Source: Nitrospirota bacterium (lineage in GTDB: Bacteria; Nitrospirota; JACRHJ01). Taken from it: a stretch of 64,000 nucleotides of DNA. Positions 39,980-50,539 of this stretch are shown in pieces. Every line of letters starts with the position of its first letter. Within the stretch, counting starts at the first letter, position 1. Where the stretch lies: positions 64,001 through 128,000 of the forward strand of contig CAWJRJ010000017.1 of the NCBI GenBank assembly GCA_963845245.1, written 5' to 3'. Position numbers and translations under genes: made by a program. A model generated the notes under the pieces. It was not told the DNA's origin and did not search any database. It was given only the letters and a program-made list of their open reading frames with translations.

Positions 39980-41008
39980 TCATTCTCCTTTGGAGCCGGG
40001 CTTGCCCTGAAGCATGGATTCAGGGTGCCGTTCGAGGTAATCGGCAAGCGTGTTCACCGAACGGGCGGCCGCGGAAACATCTTTCAGGGTCCTGTTGAGC
40101 TCATGCCCCGTGTTCGCGTTGTCTTCCGCAACTGCCTGTACCGCCTTCAGGGTACTTTCAGCCTGTCTGAGCGCCTCTGAGGCAGTCTGCAGTGCCTTGT
40201 TGACTTCGGCAGGAACACCGTCCTTTGAGGAGAGCGCTTTCTCGACCTGGGCAAGCGTCCTCTCAGCCTGGGCAAGCGCCGTGCGCGAGGCGCCCAAGGT
40301 TTCCTTCAGGTCCGCCATGACCGGCTTGACTTGCGAATCGACATTCTTCACCAGCCTATCGGTATCCTTCAGCGTGTCGTGGAGCGAAGCTATGCTCCCT
40401 TTTAACTCCGGAGAGTTGGCTATCTTGTCCAGGCTGTCGACGACATGCGTTATATTCTTTAGGAGTTCACCAAGTTTCAGGTCTTTAAGCGTCTTCGAGA
40501 GTTCCTCCATGTCGCCAGGGACAGTCGGGATCTCTGGGTATCGCTTCTCTATCCCGGTAAGCCTGACCGGCTTGTCCGGGAAGAAGTCCAGGTATACCAT
40601 GGACTGGCCCGTGACGAAGCTCTGTAGCTGAAGCTGCGCCTTCAGGCCCTTGTCTATCAGAGGGTTGATGTAGGCGTATTTTGTCCTTGTGATTTCAAGA
40701 AGTGGTCTCTGATCCTGAGGGACGGAAAACTTGTCCGGGTCTATCTCTACATAGACAGGGACCTCACCGCTCAAGGTCTTGGGGTCTACCCGTAACTGGA
40801 TATCCGTCACCTGCCCTATTGCTACCCCGCGGAATATCACAGGCGCGCCGACGTTCAGGCCTTTCACCGAGCCAGGAAAGACCATCACGAACTTCTTCGT
40901 CTGCTTGAAGAACCTGCCCGATCCGAACACCAGCACCGCCGTGACGGCTAGTGCCATTGCACCCATGACAAAAACCCCGATGAGTGTCTTGCTCACAGGT
41001 TTGCTCAT
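39980..41008 (-). CDS. mlaD: MCE/MlaD (PqiB-like) protein
   Basis: SVKGLNVGAPV.FRGV.IGQV, GLKAQL..SFVTG, DYLERHPES. Confidence 0.85.
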   Translation of the reverse strand: MSKPVSKTLIGVFVMGAMALAVTAVLVFGSGRFFKQTKKFVMVFPGSVKGLNVGAPVIFRGVAIGQVTDIQLRVDPKTLSGEVPVYVEIDPDKFSVPQDQRPLLEITRTKYAYINPLIDKGLKAQLQLQSFVTGQSMVYLDFFPDKPVRLTGIEKRYPEIPTVPGDMEELSKTLKDLKLGELLKNITHVVDSLDKIANSPELKGSIASLHDTLKDTDRLVKNVDSQVKPVMADLKETLGASRTALAQAERTLAQVEKALSSKDGVPAEVNKALQTASEALRQAESTLKAVQAVAEDNANTGHELNRTLKDVSAAARSVNTLADYLERHPESMLQGKPGSKGE

Positions 41009-41019
41009 CCCGCCGCTCC

Positions 41020-41805
41020 TTATGAAGCCTTTGCCCCCGCCGCGCCGCGCGTGAGGAAGTTGAAAACCTTCGGGTCCCGGTGCTCTTCCAGCAGCTTCTT
41101 CGGGTGTCCATGAGCTGTCATAGTTTTCGTGTCCACGTCCAGGAACACCGAGTTGTTCCCAATCGAGAAGATGCTCGCCAGTTCGTGCGTTACCACGACG
41201 ACCGTAGAGCCAAGAGAGTCCCTGATCTCCAGGATCAGGTCGTCGAGCAGCCGCGCGCTCACCGGGTCAAGCCCGGCTGAGGGCTCGTCGAAAAACAGTA
41301 TGTCAGGGTCGAGCGCCATTGCCCGGGCAAGTCCCGCCCGCTTCCTCATCCCACCGCTTAACTCTGAGGGGTAATAATCTCCGAAACCGGCGAGCCCCAC
41401 GAGGGAAAGCTTCAGGGATACAATCTCCCTTACCTGACCAGGCTTCAGCCCTGTGTACTGTTCGAGCGGAAGCGCGATATTCTCGGCGAGCGTCATCGAA
41501 CTCCAGAGCGCACCGCTCTGGTAGAGGACGCCGAAGCGTCTCATGATGTTATCTCTGTCGCCGTGCTCAGAGTCCCAAAGGCTCACCCCGTCGTACAGTA
41601 CCTGCCCTCTGGCGGGCTCCTTGAGCCCGATCATTATTTTGAGCAAGGTGCTCTTGCCGCATCCGCTCCCGCCCATGATGATGAAGATGTCACCTTTGTT
41701 CACCGTGAAGTTGATATCGCGCATCAGGACGAAGCCGCCGTAACCCATGTCCAGATCGCGCACCTCGATGACTGGTTGAGACGATAATACCGGATTGTCC
41801 GTCAT
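41020..41805 (-). CDS. mlaF: MlaF-like ABC ATP-binding protein
   Basis: GGSGCGKS, LSGGMRKRAGLARA, DEPSAGLDP, VTHEL. Confidence 0.88.
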   Translation of the reverse strand: MTDNPVLSSQPVIEVRDLDMGYGGFVLMRDINFTVNKGDIFIIMGGSGCGKSTLLKIMIGLKEPARGQVLYDGVSLWDSEHGDRDNIMRRFGVLYQSGALWSSMTLAENIALPLEQYTGLKPGQVREIVSLKLSLVGLAGFGDYYPSELSGGMRKRAGLARAMALDPDILFFDEPSAGLDPVSARLLDDLILEIRDSLGSTVVVVTHELASIFSIGNNSVFLDVDTKTMTAHGHPKKLLEEHRDPKVFNFLTRGAAGAKAS

Positions 41806-41809
41806 ATTC

Positions 41810-42955
41810 TCAGATTCCTAACACTTCGCATGAAAATGTTATTACAGCTGTCGCAACGATTATGCCCACGATGGCCGTGACCACGGCGGAAGTCGTCGCC
41901 TCGCCGACGGCCGAGGCGCTCCTCCCGCACTGCATACCCCTGAGGCAGCCCGAGAGGGCCACGATGACCCCGAAGACGGCGCCGTGGAAGAGCCCGATGC
42001 AGACATTTGTCAGGCTCATCGCCTCCTTCGTCTGGTTGAAATACTGCGTGGGCGTGATGTCCAGCATGCCTACGCCCACGATGAACCCGCCCATTATCCC
42101 GCCCAAGTCGGCATAAAGGCATAGAAGCGGCATCATCAGCACCAGGGCCAGCATCCTGGGCAGCACGAGGTATTCCATGGGAGAGATGCCGAGCGTCTGG
42201 AGCGCATCTATCTCCTCATTGGTCTGCATGGTACCGAGCTGCGCGGCGAACGCGGCGCCCGTCCGTCCCGCCATGATAATGCCGGTCATTATAGCGCCCA
42301 TGACGCGTACCATTGCGATTGCGACGATGTCCGCGACGTATACCTGCGCCCCGAACATCCTTAACTGTATCGCACCCACGAACGCCAGAATGAGCCCTAC
42401 AAGCAGGCTTATCAACGCGACGATAAATAGGGCCTGCGCACCGGTCTCCTGGACGGTAAGAAAAAAGTCGTGGCGGCGGAACCTTGCACTGCCGGTCAGC
42501 ATCCTGGCAAAGGCGACCGTAGTTTCTCCAATGAAGGCGAGCATCTCTCCCACGGAGCGACAGGAAGAGACTGCGGCCTCACCCATTTTTTCGATAAAAG
42601 GCACGTGTTTTGTTTCTCTGCGCGCGCCTTTCCTCTCCGGGACCGCCGTGGCTAGTTCCAACAGCCGCCGGACGCCTTCCGGGAGGCCGGCCCTGTCCAC
42701 GGATACGCCGCCCTTGTCGCAGGCCTCCATGACCTTTATTAGGAAGGTAAGAAGCCCGCTGTCCCATCCGGCCAGACCTTTGGCCTCAAACCCAACAAGG
42801 CGTACGCCCCGTCCTGGCCCGATGTCTTTAAGTATATCGCCGGCCGCAGGGATGTCCGCGTCGAGCTTCCATTCTCCGGCTAAACGCACTAACGCAACAC
42901 CTTCCGGATGGAAGGTCATATCTGCTTCTGGCTTGATCGGCATATTATTCCGCAA
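41810..42955 (-). CDS. mlaE: MlaE-like permease with N-terminal STAS-like domain
   Basis: AGRTGAAFAAQLGTM..EEIDAL, VLPR, VGEATTSAVV. Confidence 0.88.
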   Translation of the reverse strand: MRNNMPIKPEADMTFHPEGVALVRLAGEWKLDADIPAAGDILKDIGPGRGVRLVGFEAKGLAGWDSGLLTFLIKVMEACDKGGVSVDRAGLPEGVRRLLELATAVPERKGARRETKHVPFIEKMGEAAVSSCRSVGEMLAFIGETTVAFARMLTGSARFRRHDFFLTVQETGAQALFIVALISLLVGLILAFVGAIQLRMFGAQVYVADIVAIAMVRVMGAIMTGIIMAGRTGAAFAAQLGTMQTNEEIDALQTLGISPMEYLVLPRMLALVLMMPLLCLYADLGGIMGGFIVGVGMLDITPTQYFNQTKEAMSLTNVCIGLFHGAVFGVIVALSGCLRGMQCGRSASAVGEATTSAVVTAIVGIIVATAVITFSCEVLGI

Positions 42956-43901
42956 CCTTTTTCCACGTAGAATCAGGGTCGTACGTTTTCATCGCTTTCG
43001 CGGTCTTTTCGGTGTTTTTCCCGAGGTCCTTCTGGTATACCACACCGTCCTGGTTCACTATGAATGTCATCACGCCCGAGTTACCGTAAGTCGCTGGATA
43101 GGTGACTACGGCAAAACCGCCTATCATCCTGCCGTGGACCACATAGTCATAAGCTCCGTCTGTCGCGTGTTTCCCCTGCGCCTTCAGTGTCCTGTAGTAA
43201 TATCCGTTATATGGGATGGGTTCGTCGGCCTTTTTCTTGCTGTAACCTTTATCAATCGCGTGCACGACAAGCGGCCCGAGCGGGCTAGGCTTCTCGTCCT
43301 CCTTCGTCTTCCAATAGAGGCCGTTCTTTTTGCCAGGGTCGCTTATAAATTTCTGCGCGTACTCCCGGGGCCCGTCGTCGGCGCGGTCTTCCATCGCATA
43401 CTCGTGTTGCGCGTCCACTATCGCGAGGCAGGTCTGTATGGTGTTCAGTTCGTTCTTGCCTATGCGGCGGTCAAGTATCTCCTCCTTGCCTTTCTCTGTG
43501 TCGAAGTACCAGACCCCGCCCTTTTTCACGATGGGTATAGGAAACGGCCAGTCGTCTTTCCCTATCACGAGTATGGCTTTATCTCCTTCCACGACGAGGT
43601 TGTTCTTCTCGTCGTAGGCTTTCTTGAAGGCTTCTCGTCCCTGCTTGTCAGCCACCTCGTCGCCAGAGAAAAGCACGTCTTTCCCACCCGGCCCGAATAT
43701 CGCCAACAGCTCGTCCATGTCTTTATTCTTCCCGGTGTCCACGAGCGCCTTAACGGCGTCTTCGGGTGTGGCGAAGGTCTTCTGCTTCGAAGCCGCATGG
43801 GATACCTCTGCAAACGCAAAGACAGCCAGGGTCGCAGCCAGCATGATCAACAGCCGGAACGATGCCGGCTTTTTATCGGTCGTTATGTTCAGATTCTTCA
43901 T
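42945..43901 (-). CDS. DUF2950-family protein
   Basis: WPFPIPIVK, RRIGKNEL, GLYW, PYNGYY, YGNSGVMTFIVN, YQKDLG. Confidence 0.82.
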   Translation of the reverse strand: MKNLNITTDKKPASFRLLIMLAATLAVFAFAEVSHAASKQKTFATPEDAVKALVDTGKNKDMDELLAIFGPGGKDVLFSGDEVADKQGREAFKKAYDEKNNLVVEGDKAILVIGKDDWPFPIPIVKKGGVWYFDTEKGKEEILDRRIGKNELNTIQTCLAIVDAQHEYAMEDRADDGPREYAQKFISDPGKKNGLYWKTKEDEKPSPLGPLVVHAIDKGYSKKKADEPIPYNGYYYRTLKAQGKHATDGAYDYVVHGRMIGGFAVVTYPATYGNSGVMTFIVNQDGVVYQKDLGKNTEKTAKAMKTYDPDSTWKKVAE

Positions 43902-43948
43902 TTCATCCTCCATCATGCGGTTTTGGTTGTATGTTTATTGGTGCGGAG

Positions 43949-45070
43949 TTACCTGCGTCTACCACCGCTTTTGCCACCACCAAAGCCGCCGCCTCCGAAA
44001 CCGCCGCTACGGCCGCCGCGGGAGGACATGCCCTCACGGCTGCTGCGACCGCGGTCGCTCGCGCTCCTTGCCTCACTTCCGCGGCCCGCGCCCTCGAAGG
44101 CGCCACCACGTGCGAGCTCTTGTCTGCCGGTTTCAGCGCGTCCGCGGAACGCCTCGCGCGACTTGGCTGCTTCCGCAGAGCCGCCCTTGTTGAACTTCTG
44201 TGCGGTCGCCTGGTCTCTATAGGAGACGCCCTTCCTGTGTCCGGGGTCGTGCTGCCAGTTGCCCCGGTCACCCTGGCCTTTATTCCCGTCACGCTTGTAT
44301 TTGTCGCGGTCGATATTATTGTTGATGTTTATGTTCTGGTTATAGTTGTAATTCACCGTACCGCCGTGCCAGTTGCAGTTTCCCCATGCGTAGCCCCATG
44401 CCGCGCCGACTGCGACCCCTGCCGCGAACGAGAACGCCGCCGCTCCCGCGACGTATCCGGGAGGATAGACCGGGTAGGGCGGGTACGCAGGATAAGGCCA
44501 TACTCCGTACACTACCGTGGGGTTGTAAGCTGGCACGTAGACCACTTGGGGGTCGGCAGGCTCTATTATAATTGTCTGCGTCTCCTTCTCGACGATGACC
44601 TTCTGTTCCTTCGTGGTTTTGAGGTTGCCTTCCGCGTCGGCCTTCGCACGCAGCTTCTGGACGTTATCCATCACCTCTTTCTGCTGGCCTATGAATGCGT
44701 CTCCGAGCTGCTCCGTCCAGTCAAGCTTCTCGCTCATCATGTTCAAGACCTGCGGGAAATTCACGAGCGACTTCACGCTAGGGTCCCAGTTTTGCTTTTC
44801 AAGCTCCTTTGTCAGGGTGTCGCCCTTCAAGTTTTTGTTCTTCTCCGCCCAGCGGCTGGCCTGCACGACCTCCAGCGGGTAGGTGGAGGCCATAAGGACC
44901 TGGGTCAAAAGCGAGTCCGGGTAGAGCGCGATAGGCGCGAGCAGCTGCTCTAGCTGTGGCTGGCTGAATCCTTCCTTCGTTTCATCCTGTCCGAAAGCGG
45001 CCTGCGGAAGTAAGATTAATAGCATGAGCAGGACTGCAAAGAAACGGTACGTCACTTCACTTGGTTTCAT
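43949..45070 (-). CDS. DUF3300-family protein
   Basis: LAPIALYPDSLL..ASTYP, WDPSVKSL, VYVPAYNP, Gly/Arg-rich tail. Confidence 0.85.
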   Translation of the reverse strand: MKPSEVTYRFFAVLLMLLILLPQAAFGQDETKEGFSQPQLEQLLAPIALYPDSLLTQVLMASTYPLEVVQASRWAEKNKNLKGDTLTKELEKQNWDPSVKSLVNFPQVLNMMSEKLDWTEQLGDAFIGQQKEVMDNVQKLRAKADAEGNLKTTKEQKVIVEKETQTIIIEPADPQVVYVPAYNPTVVYGVWPYPAYPPYPVYPPGYVAGAAAFSFAAGVAVGAAWGYAWGNCNWHGGTVNYNYNQNININNNIDRDKYKRDGNKGQGDRGNWQHDPGHRKGVSYRDQATAQKFNKGGSAEAAKSREAFRGRAETGRQELARGGAFEGAGRGSEARSASDRGRSSREGMSSRGGRSGGFGGGGFGGGKSGGRRR

Positions 45071-45106
45071 GGCCCCTCCTTTTTTCTAAACGATATATTT
45101 AATCAT

Positions 45107-46081
45107 TCAAAAAAGCGTCCCCTGTATGAGCTTCGGGATGACAGGGGAGAACACAACCTGAATGTTCCATTTCTGCCCGAACGTGTCCGGGTGGACGGGC
45201 ATCCACTGCCCCGCGATAGCGATCTTGACAGGAAGTGCGTCGAACTTCACGACTTTTGACACACTCACACCGATAGGGACGGTCCAGACGTTGTCAGGGC
45301 TGGCCTTCCAGTTCGCCAGTATGTTTCCTGAGTACCCGATGCTCCAGCCATCTGGCAAGAAATAGGCCGCAACGGGCTGGAGGTTCATCTGGTTTGTGTC
45401 CGGCCGGTTGGAGTTTCCTCCAAACGACTTCCAGTTCTGGACAAAGGCACCGAGGATATATTTCTGCGAGATATAACCTGCGAAGGCGCCGGGGCCTACC
45501 TGCCATTTCCCCTGGCCGGTAAAATCTGTGGAGGCTGTCGGGAAGACAAAGGTCGGTCCAATCCCGAGCAACCAGTTTCCGGTCAGTTTCTGGTTCGGCC
45601 CCAGCATTTCGAGCAGAATTGTGTCTCCGAACCCGGTCGTGCGCTTAACGGACGCCTTGGGAGGCTGGCCTTCATCCACTGCCGGGTAGGGTTGGGAAAT
45701 AAAGAGCGGGATCACCGGCCTCGTGATGAGGTTCCAGTTTTCAGTCAGGGCCACTGGCATGACCGGCTGGAACTGCAGGTTAGAATTCCAACGGTTGCTT
45801 TGCCCCGGAAGGGTTTCCAGCACGTAGTTGTTCTGCTGAAAACTGATGGACCATATATCGCTTACCGGGTTGCTTAGTTTTTTGTTGATTTCGGTTAAGG
45901 ACTGACTTCCTTCATCGCCTCCGCCCGCCGCCCGTGCATCTAAGGGCAAGGTCGCAGCCAGTAACACCGCAACCAGCGCGGCTAAACTGAGCGCATCCAG
46001 GAGGAAGGCCTTGCCTCCTTCAGCCTGCCGGATGGAAAAACTCATCGCAGAGTGTTCATTGGCAACGGTTCCGGGGGGCAT
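45107..46081 (-). CDS. putative outer-membrane beta-barrel protein
   Basis: LSNPVS, FQPVMP, WNLITRP, GFGD, GPTFVFPTAS, GKWQVGP, WTVPIG. Confidence 0.7.
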   Translation of the reverse strand: MPPGTVANEHSAMSFSIRQAEGGKAFLLDALSLAALVAVLLAATLPLDARAAGGGDEGSQSLTEINKKLSNPVSDIWSISFQQNNYVLETLPGQSNRWNSNLQFQPVMPVALTENWNLITRPVIPLFISQPYPAVDEGQPPKASVKRTTGFGDTILLEMLGPNQKLTGNWLLGIGPTFVFPTASTDFTGQGKWQVGPGAFAGYISQKYILGAFVQNWKSFGGNSNRPDTNQMNLQPVAAYFLPDGWSIGYSGNILANWKASPDNVWTVPIGVSVSKVVKFDALPVKIAIAGQWMPVHPDTFGQKWNIQVVFSPVIPKLIQGTLF

Positions 46082-46256
46082 GCGGCCTGGCCTCTTTTCA
46101 ATTGTTGATATTGAGGCTTGCTTTGGATTATTAACCCTTATGTTTCTATAGGGATATCACCAAATCCAAAATTGCGCAAGTCGGGCTGTTTTCGCAGGAG
46201 GGGAGGGGTACGAGATACTTCCGCGAGGATTTGCCGTGCGCGGCACCGTGAATACG

Positions 46257-46340
46257 AAACGCAAAAAGGGGCTACGATTTCTCGTAACCCCTTTTATTAT
46301 TTCCGGGCGGGTCATGCAGGCTTCAAACCTGCGACCCGCT
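46257..46340 (-). repeat. degenerate copy of tRNA-Lys 3' half plus terminator (att-like direct repeat)
   Basis: ungapped 75/84 nt identity to 49892-49975 by manual alignment; first 39 nt identical. Confidence 0.9.
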
Positions 46341-46353
46341 CACGCATCGTTAT

Positions 46354-47412
46354 TTATGTAAGATCTTTTTCAACCCTGTTTTTATTTTCATTCCACCAGC
46401 CGATAAGTTTTAAATCGTCAAAGACGTCGAGGCTTTTGTAACCGGTCACCGCCGAAAACGAGGCTACGGAGTTCTGGAGTACGTCTAGTGTGTTTTCGCT
46501 TTTTATCGATTCTACAAAAGCCTCAGGCACTATTTTTTCCTTACGGCTGGCTAGAAGCTGCGCGGCCCTTCCTCTGACCTTCCAGTCCGGGTTATTTAAA
46601 AGGTCTTCTATCAAAGTCTCCGTCGGTATGCTGCTATTTTTTAAAACAGCCCCGGCGTTGTTTTTAAACGCCAGCTCGGAGTTTGGGACGCGGGTGCCGC
46701 TTATGTAGAAAGCCTTGATCCTGAACAGTTCGGATTTAGCCGCAAGGTCTTCATTGCCGCTTTTTTCTGATACAAGGTATATTTCCATTATTTTGTTTAA
46801 TGCCTGTCTGTCGCCTTCCGATATCGCCTTGTCCGCCAAGGCCGTCAGTTCGTTCCTTTTCTTTAACGATTCGAGTTCGGAGGACAACTGGGCCTTTACG
46901 GTTTGTATGTTGACATGCAGTTTATCGAATTTATCGACGAACCCGGTCTCCGTTTTGCCAATGCGCTCATCGGTGGCAGCCATCTGTTCGTTAATAGAGT
47001 TTACTGTATTGTTCATCTCCTGTTTTGCATTTCCGATAACGGCCTTAGCCAACGCTGAATTGTGTTTTGCCGCATTTAAAACATCCATCGATTTTTTTAT
47101 CGCATTGTTGGAAGACGCAGACGCCGTGTTGTAAGCCTGTCTGGATTCTTTTAATACGGTTTCTGCTTCGACCCTTTTGATCTGCATCTCTCTCATTTGT
47201 GTATAACTCAGGCCGGTCTGGACTGCCGCTATCACAACCATCAGCAAAGTAATAGCAGAGGCGAAATACTGTATCTTGTTTAGAAAATGCCGCTGGTCTT
47301 TCCCGCAATGGTGGCAGACCTTGGATTTCTCATGTATTGGCTGTAAACAGTACTGGCATAAGGCTTCATTCTGCGGCGATTTTTCAGCAGATGTATTCTT
47401 TATTTCTTCCAT
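46354..47412 (-). CDS. membrane-anchored coiled-coil protein with zinc ribbon and C-terminal HEAT repeat
   Basis: CQYC..CHHCG, TM helix, LLNNPDWKVRGRAAQLL; AT-rich. Confidence 0.7.
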   Translation of the reverse strand: MEEIKNTSAEKSPQNEALCQYCLQPIHEKSKVCHHCGKDQRHFLNKIQYFASAITLLMVVIAAVQTGLSYTQMREMQIKRVEAETVLKESRQAYNTASASSNNAIKKSMDVLNAAKHNSALAKAVIGNAKQEMNNTVNSINEQMAATDERIGKTETGFVDKFDKLHVNIQTVKAQLSSELESLKKRNELTALADKAISEGDRQALNKIMEIYLVSEKSGNEDLAAKSELFRIKAFYISGTRVPNSELAFKNNAGAVLKNSSIPTETLIEDLLNNPDWKVRGRAAQLLASRKEKIVPEAFVESIKSENTLDVLQNSVASFSAVTGYKSLDVFDDLKLIGWWNENKNRVEKDLT

Positions 47413-47843
47413 TGGTTTTCCCTCCCTTTTGCTATCCATGGTTTACGTTCCGGTAGCGCGGAGAACCCAAACGACCAAAACTTTTAATGGCGGTAATAAG
47501 AATCGTTATTATACCACAAAAAAACACTGATTTTGGAAACGCGGCTATAGATGAAACCGATTTAATATTCTCTTGGTTGGTTGGGTAGGGGGTTATCCGG
47601 CGGCGCTGATTTTATAAAGCGCGTAAAACGCGAAGGCTACAAGAAGGCGTTGTCCATGAGGAGGCTATCGATGAAGGTCGAATCGCTCAGGGAGCCGGGC
47701 TTGTATAGGGGACGTATTCCATGAGTATATATTACTGCAACAAGCGTTAAAGTGCAAAATTGATATTTTCTAAACTACACACGCATCGGGTAGTGGTATA
47801 CCTTTGTAAGGTTCCAAGGTTCTTACATCCGAAGCCACGGACA

Positions 47844-49046
47844 TTATCTCATTTCGGCAGAGCGTTTTCGTTTTATATTTTTTTGCTCGTACATCAGCTT
47901 GTCTGCACGGCTCAACAGCTTTTCCATAGAAGCAGGGTTCTCCGGATCAAAATAAGACAACCCACAACTCATCGACAACTTAAATCCCTTGTTTTGGTTT
48001 GCATTGTGCGCGTCGATATTTTTTTGCAACCGGGCAAGGACTATCTGTGTATCTTCGTCAGTTGTTCCTGCCGGGAAAACGACAAACTCGTCACCGCTTA
48101 TGCGTGCAATGACGTCAGATTCTCGAAAGGTTGCCTTGAGAATATCCGCCATATGTATCAATGCAAAGTCACCTTCATGGTGTCCCCACGTATCGTTAAT
48201 CTTCTTCAGCCCATCAAGGTCGGCATAGAGAAGGAATGCACCTTTTTTCTGCCGCATGGCAATTTGCCCCAGTTTTTCAGCGACAGTAAAGAACCCGCGC
48301 CGGTTATAGAGACCCGTCAGATCATCCGTAAGTGACATGGAACGTAACTCTTCTTCGGCTTTTATACGGGCGCTGATGTTTTCAAAAACGGCAGTAAAGT
48401 GATTTTTTTCCGTACTGTAGACAGAGATGGATAGCCAGGCCGCAAACGACTTCACATAAATCTCAAACTTCTCCGGTTGACCGGTCAATGCCACCCTGCC
48501 ATAAATCTCGAACACCTCCGGATAATCCTCTCTGAAACCCGGGATCACCTCGGTGACTTTCTTCCCCACGACATTTTTCAATCCCGTCAACTCTTCAAAT
48601 GATCTGTTGACGTGGAGATATATGAAGTCTTGAGGCTGGTTGTCCTCAAAAAGCATCCTGCAATACGCAAAGCCCTCAAGCATATTCTCGGACAATAAAC
48701 TGTATCGGTCCTCGTGGGATTGAAGCTGTGAGGCGTTAAGCTGCCTTATCCGCATGAGAAGCACGGATACTCCCCATACTCCGAATATTCCAGTAAGACG
48801 GTTTGCTACGGAATGCATTAAAGGCGTGCTGTTAAAAGGAGAAATAAACATTCCTGCGACAATCAGGAGTGTAATAACCACAGAGAAGAGGTAGGGCTGT
48901 TTCGCGGACCGGTACATGAAAAACATTGGAATGAGGTATAGCACCCATACGTTGTACCACAAGGGAGTAAGAAGGTCGACCATGAAAATAGCAGCGGTCA
49001 TGAACACAGCGATGCCCACGACTTTTTCTTTAAAAAGCTTTGTCAA
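47844..49046 (-). CDS. membrane PAS-GGDEF diguanylate cyclase
   Basis: N-terminal TMs, PAS, DDLTGLYNRR, DLDGLKKINDTWGH, ARISGDEF. Confidence 0.88.
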   Translation of the reverse strand: MTKLFKEKVVGIAVFMTAAIFMVDLLTPLWYNVWVLYLIPMFFMYRSAKQPYLFSVVITLLIVAGMFISPFNSTPLMHSVANRLTGIFGVWGVSVLLMRIRQLNASQLQSHEDRYSLLSENMLEGFAYCRMLFEDNQPQDFIYLHVNRSFEELTGLKNVVGKKVTEVIPGFREDYPEVFEIYGRVALTGQPEKFEIYVKSFAAWLSISVYSTEKNHFTAVFENISARIKAEEELRSMSLTDDLTGLYNRRGFFTVAEKLGQIAMRQKKGAFLLYADLDGLKKINDTWGHHEGDFALIHMADILKATFRESDVIARISGDEFVVFPAGTTDEDTQIVLARLQKNIDAHNANQNKGFKLSMSCGLSYFDPENPASMEKLLSRADKLMYEQKNIKRKRSAEMR

Positions 49047-49261
49047 AATGGCTGCTCTCCAGTTTCACGGCTGACCTGCTCTCGCCCGACTGCGGTTATT
49101 TTCCACTCAAAGCAAAAGCAGTAACTATGGGTATTATTATAATAGTTGTTACATTCAGTATAGCATCAACTGTAAATTTAGATTAAATTTATTTAATTAA
49201 GGTTGGTTGGTTTTAAATAATTTGCTTAGGTGGTATGCGGAGCGGATACGGCATTTCACAT

Positions 49262-49326
49262 GCAAAAGGGGCTACAGCATCTGATTAACCCCTTTTTTGT
49301 TTCTTGGTGGATCGTGTAGGATTCGA
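49262..49326 (-). repeat. copy of tRNA-Lys 3' end plus diverged terminator (att-like direct repeat)
   Basis: 49300-49326 matches 49935-49961 at 26/27 nt; preceded by aaaaggggctac..taacccctttt. Confidence 0.88.
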
Positions 49327-49328
49327 CT

Positions 49329-49741
49329 TTAGACCGTACTACTAGTATTATTTGTTTCTCTAACACGACGAGCAATACGCCAATGTATCGAAAAGAAAGC
49401 AAGACCAAAGAGGAGGATAAACAACGATCTGGTTAATTTTTGTATGCCGTCTCGGGATTCTCCTTTAATCTCAGATTTAAATTCATTCTGCCTCATTCTA
49501 GTCAACTCTTCCTCTGAAGGTCGTTTATCTTTGCTGACGCCATAGTAGGTTTCATAACAACGGGCATACTGCCAAAATGCATTATTGCTTTGATGGTTCA
49601 TATATTTGTAAGAACTTATTGTGAATTCTGGATTTATTATTTGTACACGTTATAGCAAGCAGTAGCGAGTGTGATGACCAATATAATTGAGATTGCAAAA
49701 CATACTGCCATGGCATATATCTCAAGAGCGGATTTTTTCAT
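49329..49741 (-). CDS. small membrane hypothetical protein (frameshift near 49648)
   Basis: MKKSALEIYAMAVCF.. joins ORF 49329-49601 if one base is restored; AT-rich. Confidence 0.6.
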
Positions 49742-49895
49742 TGTTTGACCTTTCGTAGTTATGCACTGAAGTTTCTGATTTGTATAACAATGGGGAGCGA
49801 AGAATACTTATGCTAATCTAGTATTAACATAAGCTATGCCAATTTGCAATGATTTCTTCATTTATGGGTAAATAGATTTGGAACCACTTCCAAAC

Positions 49896-49933
49896 GCAAA
49901 AAGGGGCTACGATTTCTCGTAACCCCTTTTTTT
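49896..49933 (-). terminator. terminator of the tRNA operon
   Basis: minus strand ggggttacg-agaaat-cgtagcccc-ttttt immediately after tRNA-Lys. Confidence 0.85.
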
Positions 49934-49939
49934 ATTTCT

Positions 49940-50015
<76 letters not shown>

Positions 50016-50046
50016 AAGAAAAAGTATATATATGCCGTCGGTCTAC

Positions 50047-50123
50047 TGGTGCGCCTGGAGGGACTCGAACCCCCGACACACGGAACCGGAATCCGTTGCT
50101 CTATCCAACTGAGCTACAGGCGC
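50047..50123 (-). tRNA. tRNA-Arg(CCG)
   Basis: 77 nt, loop ttCCGgt, encoded CCA. Confidence 0.96.
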
Positions 50124-50140
50124 CAACCTTAAGCCCAAAC

Positions 50141-50217
50141 TGGTGCGCCCGGCAGGGCTCGAACCTGCGACCTGCGGATTCGAAGTCCGACGCTCTATCC
50201 AACTGAGCTACGGGCGC
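50141..50217 (-). tRNA. tRNA-Arg(TCG)
   Basis: 77 nt, loop ctTCGaa, encoded CCA. Confidence 0.94.
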
Positions 50218-50257
50218 ATGCTCAATCCTTAAGGGCGCTGCAAAACAAAAGGTAAAT

Positions 50258-50333
50258 TGGGGTGACTGATGGGGCTCGAACCCACAACACCCAGATCCAC
50301 AATCTGGTGCACTACCATTGTGCTACAGTCACC
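50258..50333 (-). tRNA. tRNA-His(GTG)
   Basis: loop ttGTGga, G-1 and C73 discriminator, encoded CCA. Confidence 0.96.
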
Positions 50334-50363
50334 GTAATCAAAAGTCCGGCCGTTACCACACGA

Positions 50364-50440
50364 TGGTGCGCCCGGCAGGACTCGAACCTGCGGCCCACAG
50401 CTTAGAAGGCTGTTGCTCTATCCACCTGAGCTACGGGCGC
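50364..50440 (-). tRNA. tRNA-Arg(TCT)
   Basis: 77 nt, loop ctTCTaa, encoded CCA. Confidence 0.96.
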
Positions 50441-50449
50441 CTAAGCAAT

Positions 50450-50526
<77 letters not shown>

Positions 50527-50539
50527 CTCAGAAGTGTAG

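Noticed and set aside
42177..44222. 681-aa plus-strand ORF and other long overlapping ORFs (e.g. 18909-20213, 14430-15482, 43862-44953)
   Set aside because: Antisense or off-frame shadows of well-supported genes in GC-rich DNA; no motifs.
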